Shown piece by piece: positions 1 through 8,833 of a DNA stretch of 64,000 nucleotides. The notes under the pieces were generated by a model that had not been told where the DNA came from, ran no database searches, and saw only the letters and a program-made list of their open reading frames with translations. The position numbers and the translations under genes were made by a program. Positions within the stretch are counted from its first letter, which is position 1. Each line of letters opens with the position of its first letter. This DNA is from Thermodesulfobacteriota bacterium (GTDB lineage: Bacteria; Desulfobacterota; Desulfarculia; JACQYL01): the NCBI GenBank assembly GCA_963675595.2, contig CAXXLZ010000002.1, positions 1,472,001 to 1,536,000 on the forward strand, given 5' to 3'.

Positions 1-81
1 CAGCTCGTAGGTCTTCGGGTCCGCCACATAAATCACGTCTTCGATACCGTCGAAAACCGCTCTCAGAGTCTCGTGTTCCAT
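1..81 (-). CDS. N-terminus of a PAS-domain protein (runs off the window)
   Basis: Manual translation from ATG at 81: MEHETLRAVFDGIEDVIYVADPKTYEL, a typical PAS start. SD-like GAGGTG lies upstream. Confidence 0.7.
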   Translation of the reverse strand, partial: MEHETLRAVFDGIEDVIYVADPKTYEL

Positions 82-256
82 CACTTACGCCACCTCGCTC
101 TTGTGCTCGAGAGTGTTTGCTTCCGGGAACCCGGCATCTGCCCATCGGGTCGATTCCAAATATCGAAAACACGGCGTCGCCGTTGTTGACCGGGATCGCT
201 CCGGCGACGTGCGCTCAAAGCTATATGGCGGAGTTTCGTGCCGTATCCGTTTGTTA

Positions 257-272
257 TGCAATAATCGGGCCG
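257..272 (-). promoter_or_regulatory. Putative sigma-54 (-24/-12) promoter for the PAS gene at 81
   Basis: Minus strand CGGCCCGATTATTGCA fits GG-N10-GC with TTGCA at -12. Confidence 0.5.
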
Positions 273-869
273 GCGCTCCACGCCCGCGCACAAAGGTACC
301 CGCAATTCAAAGGCCCGGAGACAATCCTGAAGACTCAATGGAATGGAGGATGTTTATGGAAAGGACGGGGAGTTGAGGGATACAAGCGAAGCAACAAGGA
401 AGAAGATCCGCACAGAATGCACGCTGCAAGCCGGAAGGAATTCGGGATGATCCATCAACGGCATCATTTGGGCGATGTTGGAAATATGGACGGAAGGCCC
501 TTGAGCCTACGCAAATGCCGACGCCTTCCATTCGCCGGCCGAAATCCATGGCAAGGACCTCCTGAAGTGAAGTCTGCGTGTCCGGTTTCCGTCGGATCGG
601 AACCGGCCTGTCAAAACGGCCGTGAACCAAGACACAACCATTTGAAATAACATAATAAATCTGCGTTTCCTCGAAATCGAACATGTCTGATATAATGGAC
701 GCTACCCTTCGCTGAGCCGCCCGTTCCGGAAGACGATCGGCACATTTGCGGCAAACGGAGCGCCCGGAGCCGGGTCGCAAACGTCGGAAGGATCGGCGGC
801 GGGAACATGACCTATGGTGTACGACAAGCGGTTCCCGCCTTCATCGTGGCTTCCAATAAAAGAAAGCCC

Positions 870-1030
870 ACACACGGTGGACTTATCGAGAAAGATCAGT
901 GGATTTGCGCTTAACTTGGAAACCGGCCCACAACCGAAGATGCCGTGGTCGAGAATAACATCATCGGCATATCCCGACATATAGATGACCCTCAACCGCT
1001 CGGACCACTCGGGCACCTCTTGTCCGCCCC
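870..1030 (-). pseudogene. Relic of a hybrid-kinase receiver domain C-terminus
   Basis: Translation ERLRVIYMSGYADDVILDHGI matches the REC tails of neighbouring kinases (KILFTSGYTADVIAHHGV). Flanks are degenerate and boundaries approximate. Confidence 0.55.
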
Positions 1031-1330
1031 GCCGGAACCGGCCGATGCTTTCTCCGGACTTACGCCGCAAAAAAACCGAAACGATTCCGATCAAGGTTAT
1101 GTTACACTGCGGGGTACTCAAACCGTAGTGCCGTGCTCGTGGTCCACCGGAAGACTTCCAGCGCCTCTCAGCACCTCCGTACTCCCGCTAACAAGAGATT
1201 TTTCCACCATACGGCACGGTCGAACCGGGGCTTCCGTTCGCAATCCGGCCCGACGTCGGGCGACAGGTCTTCGATAGGCATACGCCGACAACCGGATACG
1301 CCTTATCAACCACTCCGAAAGGAACATCAG

Positions 1331-3775
1331 ATGCCCAGAGTCTTGATTGTCGACGACGAAGAGATCATCTGTCGTCTCCTCGCTCGGACCCTTACCGCCA
1401 ACGGGTACGACTGCACTACGGCCACCTCCGCCCGGGGAGGTCGGGCCGCTCTGAAAAAGCAGACTTATGAAGTGGTCCTCTCGGACATCCGAATGCCGGG
1501 GGAATCAGGACTTGATTTCATCGAATTCGTTCTTTCCGAATACCCGGAAACCGCGGCCATCATGGTATCCGTGATGGGCGACCAGGAAATCACGGATAGA
1601 GCGGTGGAAATGGGAGTGTATGGATATATCGTCAAACCGTTCAATTCCGACCAGGTACTGATCAGCGTGGCCAGCGCCCTGCACCGAAGGCGGCTGTTCA
1701 TGGAAAACCGCGCCTATCGAGAAAAGCTTGAAAACTTGGTACTGGAACGCACATCAGCTCTCGAAGCGGCGGTGAAACGCTTGGAACTGATCGAAGACGA
1801 ACTCAGGCAGAGTGAAGAGAAGTACCGCAAGCTCGTGGACAACCTGCCGGCCGTGGTCTACACCAGCCATGCCGACGGTACGATCGACCTGGTGGATAAG
1901 CGAATTGAAGTGTTGACGGGTTATGACCCCGGGCTGTTCCTATCCCATAGGCGGGCATGGTCCAAGATTGTGCACCCCGACGATATTGCCGCATTACGCA
2001 ACGCTTTTCATAACGCCGTGTCTTCCTCGAAAAATTTTGTTCTGGAGTATCGAATTAAGAGGCAGGACGGAACCATTCTTTGGATTCAGGACAGGGGGAG
2101 TATCGTCTGCCGACCGGACGGCGGAATCGACTACGTCAGCGGTGTATTGTTCGATATAACCGACGCAAAGACGGCAAAGGAAGCGCTTGAAAAGGAGAAG
2201 GAGAAATTCCAGTCTCTTGTGGAGAATTTCCCGGTCGGCGTCTCCTTGGTTGGATCCGAGGGATGGTTTCAATACGCAAACCCGAAATTTCATGCCTTGT
2301 TCGGCTATGGGGCGGAAGAAACGGCAAATGAGCAAGCTTGGTTCGAAAACGCCTTTCCCGATTCGAAATGCCGTGAGGCGGCTTTGAAGGCCTGGAACGA
2401 TCGACCGGAGGGAACCGGCACGGAGTGCCCCATCTTGAATACACTGCTTGTAACGAGTGCGGACGGTACGGAAAAGGAGATTCAGTTCAACCGGGTGCCG
2501 CTGGACGACGGAAGTCGCATCGTCATCTATACCGATGTGACCGAACAAAAACGTGCCGAAAACGAATTACGAGAGGCCCACCGGGATGTAGAGCAGTTGC
2601 TTTCCGCGTTCTCGTCGGTACTCATCGGCATCGACGGAGAACAACGCGTCACACGCTGGAACCGGATTGCGGAAGAAGTCCTCGGCGTGCCCGCCGCCGA
2701 GGTGCTCGGAATCCCGTTGCGGGATTGTCCGGTCAACTGGCCCGGGGAAACGATTATGGACGCCGTGTCCAAATGCCGGGACAGAGGGATCCTTATAACT
2801 TTGGACGAAGTCCGATTCACCACCTCGCGCGACGAAGAAAGGTTCCTGAACGTGAGCATCGACCCCATTATGGGGGGAGGCCGTGCTCCCATGGGCGTTC
2901 TTATCGTGGCATCCGATATTACCGAGAAAAAGGTGCTGCAGGCGCAACTGGGTCAAGCCCAGAAACTCGAATCCATCGGACTGCTGGCTGCCGGCATAGC
3001 GCACGAGATCAATACACCCACCCAATATGTGGGGGACAACACCCGATTCCTCCAGGACGCGTTTGACGATCTAATCAAAATCTTGGAGAGTTATCGGGAC
3101 TATATCGCGGCCGTCAAGGCCGGCGGGTCGGAAGAAATCTCCCTGACCGAGATCGAAGATTTGGTGAAAGAGCTCGACCTGGAATACCTCATGGAGGAGG
3201 TGCCCAAGTCCATAGAGGAAAGTCTGCAAGGACTGAGCAGAGTCGCCAAGATCGTCTTGGCTATGAAGGAATTTTCCCATCCGGGGACAAAGGAGAAATC
3301 CCTCGTAGACATCAACAGAGCCATAGAAAGCACGATTACCGTCGCCCGGAACGAATGGAAGTACGTTGCCGATATGGTGACGGATTTCGACACTTCTTTG
3401 CCGCAAGTGCTCTGCCACCCCGGAGATGTCAATCAGGTTATTTTGAATATTATCATCAACGCCGCACACGCCATCAAGGAGATCCTGGGGGAACAGCCTG
3501 AAACCAAAGGGACCATAACGGTGAGAACAAGAAAAGACTCGAACCGCTGTGAAATACGCATTTCGGACACCGGACCGGGAATACCGGAGTCGATCCGAAG
3601 TAAGGTGTTTGATCCTTTCTTCACCACCAAGGATGTGGGAAAAGGAACGGGGCAAGGTCTGGCCTTGTCGCACGACGTGATCGTGGAGAAACATGGAGGA
3701 AGTATCTCTTTTGATACGAGCGAAAAGGGTACAACCTTCATTATCAGACTTCCCATAGAAGACGAGGCAAGGTAG
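1331..3775 (+). CDS. REC-PAS(x3)-histidine kinase (NtrB-like HisKA/HATPase)
   Basis: N-terminal VLIVDDE...SDIRMPG...KPF; PAS/PAC repeats; H-box AHEINTP; N-box NIIINA; DTGPGI, PFFTTK, GTGQGL. ATG at 1331 follows AAAGGAA. Confidence 0.93.
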   Translation: MPRVLIVDDEEIICRLLARTLTANGYDCTTATSARGGRAALKKQTYEVVLSDIRMPGESGLDFIEFVLSEYPETAAIMVSVMGDQEITDRAVEMGVYGYIVKPFNSDQVLISVASALHRRRLFMENRAYREKLENLVLERTSALEAAVKRLELIEDELRQSEEKYRKLVDNLPAVVYTSHADGTIDLVDKRIEVLTGYDPGLFLSHRRAWSKIVHPDDIAALRNAFHNAVSSSKNFVLEYRIKRQDGTILWIQDRGSIVCRPDGGIDYVSGVLFDITDAKTAKEALEKEKEKFQSLVENFPVGVSLVGSEGWFQYANPKFHALFGYGAEETANEQAWFENAFPDSKCREAALKAWNDRPEGTGTECPILNTLLVTSADGTEKEIQFNRVPLDDGSRIVIYTDVTEQKRAENELREAHRDVEQLLSAFSSVLIGIDGEQRVTRWNRIAEEVLGVPAAEVLGIPLRDCPVNWPGETIMDAVSKCRDRGILITLDEVRFTTSRDEERFLNVSIDPIMGGGRAPMGVLIVASDITEKKVLQAQLGQAQKLESIGLLAAGIAHEINTPTQYVGDNTRFLQDAFDDLIKILESYRDYIAAVKAGGSEEISLTEIEDLVKELDLEYLMEEVPKSIEESLQGLSRVAKIVLAMKEFSHPGTKEKSLVDINRAIESTITVARNEWKYVADMVTDFDTSLPQVLCHPGDVNQVILNIIINAAHAIKEILGEQPETKGTITVRTRKDSNRCEIRISDTGPGIPESIRSKVFDPFFTTKDVGKGTGQGLALSHDVIVEKHGGSISFDTSEKGTTFIIRLPIEDEAR

Positions 3776-3784
3776 GGTACCTTT

Positions 3785-4987
3785 ATGAAGAAGCGGATTC
3801 TCTTTGTCGACGACGAAGTCAACATTCTCCGAGGTCTCCAAAGGATGTTGCGGACTATGCGAAATCAGTGGGATATGACTTTCGCAACCAGCGGCCGAGA
3901 AGCATTGGATATCCTCGACCAGGAGCCCTTCGACGTGGTGATCTCAGACATGCGCATGCCGGGGATGGACGGCGCCGAATTCCTGCAAGAGGTCATGCAA
4001 CGGCATTCACAGATGGTTCGGATCGTGCTCTCGGGCCATGCGGAACGCGAAATGGTGTTGAAAAGTGTGAAGGTGGCCCATCAATATCTGGCCAAACCGT
4101 GTGACGCCCGTACGGTGATCTCCACGGTGGAACGTGCCTGCGCACTCCAGGAAATGCTTACCGATGATCGACTGAAACGGGTGATTTCCAAGGTCGATTC
4201 ACTGCCGAGCCTGCCCTCTCTCTACACCGAAATCGTTCAGGAACTCCGGTCCGACAATGCCTCCATTGGTCGAGTCGGAGAAATCATCTCCAAAGATATT
4301 GGAATGACGGCCAAAATTCTCCAACTCGTCAATTCCGCCTTCTTCGGACTCAGCCGCCATGTGTCCAGTCCCGCTCAAGCGGTGAACCTGCTCGGCATTG
4401 AAACCGTCAAAACACTCGTGCTGGCCGTCCAGGTATTTTCCCGGTTTGACGAGAAAAAACTCGCCGGTTTTTCTCTGGATGCCTTGTGGAGCCACAGCAT
4501 GAGCGTGGGGACCTTTGCCAAGACCGTCGTACGCGAAAGGAAAGAGGAGCAGAGTATGGCCGACCACGCGTTCGTTGCCGGGGTGCTCCATGACGTGGGC
4601 AAGCTGATACTGGCGGCAAACTCCGATAAGTACGGACAGTTCGTAAAGAACGCTCACGAATCCGGTGTTGCCGTGTGGCGGGCCGAGCAGTCGGTTCTCG
4701 GAATCACACACGCCGAAGTGGGCGCCTACCTGTTGGGAATCTGGGGGTTGCCGAATCCGGTCATTGAGGCCGTGGCCTTCCACCATCTTCCACAATGCTC
4801 CATGTGCGATCATTTCAATGCCTTGACCGCCGTGCACGTTGCCGATGCGATCGAAAACGAACTCAACGACACCGACGAGCCCGACCCCGGGGACCGTATG
4901 GACTTGTCCTACCTGGCCGAGATCGGACTAGCGGACGCTGTGCCCGGCTGGAGGATCGTTTGCGAAAACTCCCTCGAGCGTGATTAA
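3785..4987 (+). CDS. Response regulator with HDOD output domain
   Basis: REC (ILFVDDE, SDMRMPG) followed by HDOD motifs LPSLP, LVNSAFFG, LWSHS, LHDVGK, THAEVGAYLL.W.LP, FHH. Confidence 0.92.
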   Translation: MKKRILFVDDEVNILRGLQRMLRTMRNQWDMTFATSGREALDILDQEPFDVVISDMRMPGMDGAEFLQEVMQRHSQMVRIVLSGHAEREMVLKSVKVAHQYLAKPCDARTVISTVERACALQEMLTDDRLKRVISKVDSLPSLPSLYTEIVQELRSDNASIGRVGEIISKDIGMTAKILQLVNSAFFGLSRHVSSPAQAVNLLGIETVKTLVLAVQVFSRFDEKKLAGFSLDALWSHSMSVGTFAKTVVRERKEEQSMADHAFVAGVLHDVGKLILAANSDKYGQFVKNAHESGVAVWRAEQSVLGITHAEVGAYLLGIWGLPNPVIEAVAFHHLPQCSMCDHFNALTAVHVADAIENELNDTDEPDPGDRMDLSYLAEIGLADAVPGWRIVCENSLERD

Positions 4988-5023
4988 CTTCGCGGCAACG
5001 GTTTGTCGTGTGGAGGAGTCGAC

Positions 5024-6175
5024 GTGGCCTACAAGATGTTGCTCGTGGATGACGACGAAAACCTGCTTTCCTCATACCGCCGTCAGCTTCGGAAGAAATT
5101 CGAAACGGACACAGCCTTAAGCGGCCCCAAAGGACTCGAGTACATTGCCGAGGGCGGGCCGTATTGCATCGTCATTTCCGATTTCCGTATGCCCGGCATG
5201 GACGGTATCCAGTTCCTGAACCGCGTCCGGGAGGCATCCCCCGACTCCATACGAATCCTGCTCACCGGGTATGCCGACATCGAAACCGCCACCAGGGCCG
5301 TCAACGAAAACAACGTTTTCCGACTACTGACCAAGCCGTGCTCTCCGGATGTATTCTCCAAAGCCCTTCTTGACGGGATTCGTCAATACCGACTCATAAC
5401 GGGCGAACGCGAGCTCCTCGAGAAAACCTTGAACGGCTGCATCAAGATGCTGACGGAAATATTGGCCATGGCCAGACCTGAGGCGTTCAGCCGAGCCTCC
5501 CGTATCACCCGATACGTGAACCTCATGTCGCGTGTCTTGGACGATCCCGCGCCTTGGCAAACGGATATGGCGGCCCGGCTTTCACAGATTGGATTGATCA
5601 TGGTGCCGGACGTCGCCTGGGACAAACTGAATCGAGGCAAGCCGCTGACACCGGAGGAAAAACGGATCCAGAACGAACATCCGGCCCTTGCGTCCAACCT
5701 GTTGGCGAACATACCACGCATGGAAGAAATCGCCGAGATCGTCGCATATCAGAAGAAAAATTATGATGGTACGGGAATTCCAAACGATGGCCGCGCCGGC
5801 GAGATGATTCCCCTCGGGTCACGCATCTTGCGCGTGGCTGTGGATTTCGACTATCTGACAGCGGCCGGAGGATCCAAAGGCGAAGCCTACATCAAGCTCA
5901 AACGCAACGCGAAGAGTTACGACCCAAAGGTGATCCGAGCCCTCGCCTTGGTCTTGGGCGACGAAATCAAGTACAACGTAAAGAGTCTGCCCATTCGAGA
6001 CCTTCGTGAAAGGATGATCCTGGCCGAGGACGTGTTCTTGCGCGACGGCGGGAAACTGGTACTGGCGAGAGGTCACGAGTTGACCGAGCCCATTGTCGAT
6101 CGGTTCCGCAAATATCACAAAACTCTCGGCATCAGGGAACCCGTCAAGGTGCTGTTACCCATCGAGATTGTCTGA
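5024..6175 (+). CDS. Response regulator with degenerate HD-GYP/HD_5-like domain
   Basis: REC (LLVDDD, SDFRMPG). Output has SQIG in place of HDIG and YQKKNYDGTGIP in place of HHERxDGxGYP. GTG start after GGAGGAG. Confidence 0.88.
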   Translation: MAYKMLLVDDDENLLSSYRRQLRKKFETDTALSGPKGLEYIAEGGPYCIVISDFRMPGMDGIQFLNRVREASPDSIRILLTGYADIETATRAVNENNVFRLLTKPCSPDVFSKALLDGIRQYRLITGERELLEKTLNGCIKMLTEILAMARPEAFSRASRITRYVNLMSRVLDDPAPWQTDMAARLSQIGLIMVPDVAWDKLNRGKPLTPEEKRIQNEHPALASNLLANIPRMEEIAEIVAYQKKNYDGTGIPNDGRAGEMIPLGSRILRVAVDFDYLTAAGGSKGEAYIKLKRNAKSYDPKVIRALALVLGDEIKYNVKSLPIRDLRERMILAEDVFLRDGGKLVLARGHELTEPIVDRFRKYHKTLGIREPVKVLLPIEIV

Positions 6176-7002
6176 CTCGGTCGGGAGTGGAGTGGAAGAG
6201 ATCGTCTGCGTGCTCAGCACCTCCCTCACCGAAGCGGCCAACCCTTTGAAGGTAAAAGGCTTCTGAATGAATTTCGTACCCACATCCAACACACCGTGGT
6301 GTGCGATGACGTCCGCGGTATAGCCGGACGTGAACAAGATTTTCAGGTTCGGATACAGAAGTTGGAGCCGATCCGCCAACTCCCGGCCGTTCATTTCGGG
6401 CATCACCACGTCGGTGATGAGAAGATGCAGCTCACCGGAGTGTTTCTCCGCCGCTTGGACGGCGTCTCGGGGTGTGGCGGAGGCCAGGACTCCGTATCCC
6501 AGCCTCTGCAGCATGGTTTTGGCCATATTCAAAATGGCTTCCTCGTCTTCGACCAGGAGAATGGTTTCATGGCCCCGAAGAACCGGCTCCGTCGTCTTTT
6601 CCTTTCGGACTTCTTGGCCCGCGGGCATGTGCCTGGGTAAATGAATACGGAACACGGTTCCTCGACCGGGTTCGCTGTGCACACCGATATACCCGTTATT
6701 CTGCTTCACGATGCCGTAAACCGTGGCCAACCCGAGGCCGGTGCCTTTGCCGGCGCCCTTGGTGGTGAAGAACGGTTCAAAAAGATTGCCCAGCGTCTCT
6801 TGATCCATGCCGCAACCGTTGTCGCTCACCGACAGCAAAACGTATTCTCCCGGCATGAGTCCCGCACGGGTCGAACAATAGTCATCCCCGAAAACGACGT
6901 TCTCCGTCCGAATGGTCACCTTACCTTTATCCGCTATGGCGTCACGCGCGTTGACGCATAGATTGGCCAAAATCTGATCAATCTGAGTGGGGTCCATTTT
7001 GA
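6155..7002 (-). pseudogene. C-terminal half (HATPase + REC) of IS-interrupted hybrid histidine kinase
   Basis: DPTQIDQILANLCVNARDA, GTGLGLA, TDVVMP. Joins in frame to 8834-12340 when the IS and one TSD copy are removed. Confidence 0.92.
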
Positions 7003-8833
7003 CTCATCTTTGACAGTTGGAGGGTGAAAAAGTGGGCCTCTCCCGCCTAACTTACCGAAATGATTAGGCTGGCCTTTTTCCGAGGCTCCAAACGTAGTGC
7101 CAATATGTCCGATTTTTTCCTTGACTCCGCCGACCTGTATTCCGTACAATTTGTTTCATGTTTGCACGCGTCAAAAAGGTCAAAAGCGGCGGATCCGAGC
7201 ATGAATATCTTCAGATCGTGGAGAACTATCGCCAGGATAAGAAGGTAAAACAGAAAGTTATATGTACACTGGGTCGTCTCGACAAGCTCCGTGAATCGGG
7301 TGCCTTGGACGGGGTTCTTACCAGTCTCGCCAAGTTCTCCACCCGGAATCAAGTCATCAATCTTTATAAGGAAGGTAGTGTCAAGGCAGACTGGGCCAAG
7401 TCCTGGGGAACCGTTCTGGTGATCGAGAAACTCTGGAAGACCTTGGGGCTCGATGTGGTACTCCGATCTCTCGCTTCTCGCTCCGATTATCGCTTCGATC
7501 TGGAGCGCGCGGTCTTTGCCTGTGTCTGCCAACGCTTGGTCCGTCCGGGATCCGATCTCGCCGCGAGCCGTTGGATTCAGAACGTCCACGGTGAAGGCTT
7601 CGACGACCTGGAACTTCAGCACCTCTATCGATCCATGGATTTCCTGGCCGAATATCAGCCCGAAATCGAGAAGGAACTTTTCCGTCGGGGGCGCGACCTC
7701 TTCGATTACGGGGTGGATCTCGTTTTCTTCGACACCACCTCGGTCTACTTCGAGGGCCGGGGGCCTGCCGAGTTGGCTCGGTACGGGTTCTCCAAGGACC
7801 ATCGTCCAGACCGCAAACAGGTGTTGGTGGGTGTGGTCATGTCCCGAAAAGGATATCCCCTTTCCTGTCAGTTCTGGGAAGGGAACACGGCGGACGTCAC
7901 CACCATCAAACGCATCATCGCCCTGGTCAAGCGTCGGTTCTCCCTGAACAACGTGGTCCTGGTCTCGGACCGCGGCATGGTCGGCGTCGACAATCTGGTG
8001 GAACTGGAGCGTGCCGGTATCGACTACATCGTGGGCATCCCCATGCGCCGTTACCAGGATGTCCGAGGCCAAGTGGTGGACACTCCGGGCTACTACCAAG
8101 CGCTCACTCCCACCTTGTGGTTCAAGGAGATTCATCTGAACGGATGCCGTTACGTCCTCTGTTACAACCAAGACCAAGCGGCCAAAGACGAGGCCACCCG
8201 ATCGGCCCTTGTGGAAAAACTGAAAACCACCCTGAAAAAACAGGGGCCCCAGTCTCTGGTGGGAAACAAGGGCTTCAGGAAATTCATCAAGCTCGACCGG
8301 GAAACCGTGCGCATCGATCCCGCCAAGGTCAAGGACGACGCCCGCTTCGACGGCAAGTATGTTCTCCTCACCAGTACCGACATTCCCGCCGATGAAGTCG
8401 CGGTCACCTACAAACGCCTGTGGCAGGTGGAAAGAGCCTTCCGGGACCTCAAATCGGCCCTGGAAGTCAGGCCCGTGTTCCACCAACGGTGTCAACGCGT
8501 TCAAGGTCACATCTTCTGCAATTTCCTGGCCCTATACCTGAAGATCGCGCTGCAGAAACAGCTCAAGACCAAAGAAATCGACATCCCCTGGGACCAAGTT
8601 CTCCTGGACCTCGAAGCCTTCAAAGCCATCCATCTACAGGTCACGGAGAAGTCCTACCTCCTCAGAACGGAATTCCAGGGCCGCGCCTACCACATCTTCC
8701 AAGCCGTCGGCCTCAAACCGCCGCCCACTTTGCAGACTCTCCAGGAGCACCAAAACGTAGTGCCATAAACCTTTCCTTTTCGTCTAAGCAGCTGAAATTA
8801 CTGCATTAGTTTTTTTGAACTGTCAAAGATCAG
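7003..8833 (+). mobile_element. IS1634-family insertion sequence, 1831 bp
   Basis: Left IR CTCATCTTTGACAGTT and right IR (revcomp) CTGATCTTTGACAGTT match 15/16. 5-bp TSD TTTGA at 6998-7002 and 8834-8838. One transposase ORF. Confidence 0.92.
7158..8768 (+). CDS. IS1634-family DDE transposase (536 aa)
   Basis: YLQIVENYR...KVKQKVICTLGR N-terminus; FFDTTSVYFEG, GFSKDHRPD, VSDRGM, YKRLWQVERAFRDLK. Confidence 0.92.
   Translation: MFARVKKVKSGGSEHEYLQIVENYRQDKKVKQKVICTLGRLDKLRESGALDGVLTSLAKFSTRNQVINLYKEGSVKADWAKSWGTVLVIEKLWKTLGLDVVLRSLASRSDYRFDLERAVFACVCQRLVRPGSDLAASRWIQNVHGEGFDDLELQHLYRSMDFLAEYQPEIEKELFRRGRDLFDYGVDLVFFDTTSVYFEGRGPAELARYGFSKDHRPDRKQVLVGVVMSRKGYPLSCQFWEGNTADVTTIKRIIALVKRRFSLNNVVLVSDRGMVGVDNLVELERAGIDYIVGIPMRRYQDVRGQVVDTPGYYQALTPTLWFKEIHLNGCRYVLCYNQDQAAKDEATRSALVEKLKTTLKKQGPQSLVGNKGFRKFIKLDRETVRIDPAKVKDDARFDGKYVLLTSTDIPADEVAVTYKRLWQVERAFRDLKSALEVRPVFHQRCQRVQGHIFCNFLALYLKIALQKQLKTKEIDIPWDQVLLDLEAFKAIHLQVTEKSYLLRTEFQGRAYHIFQAVGLKPPPTLQTLQEHQNVVP

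Noticed and set aside
745-800. GGCAAAC...GTCGCAAA resembling a c-di-GMP-I (GEMM) riboswitch
   Set aside because: No GNRA-capped P2 stem or matching P3 can be formed; the resemblance is limited to two short words.
7010-7015. TTGACA in the IS inverted repeats as an outward promoter for the kinase 3' fragment
   Set aside because: Both copies point into the element and no -10 box lies at the proper spacing.
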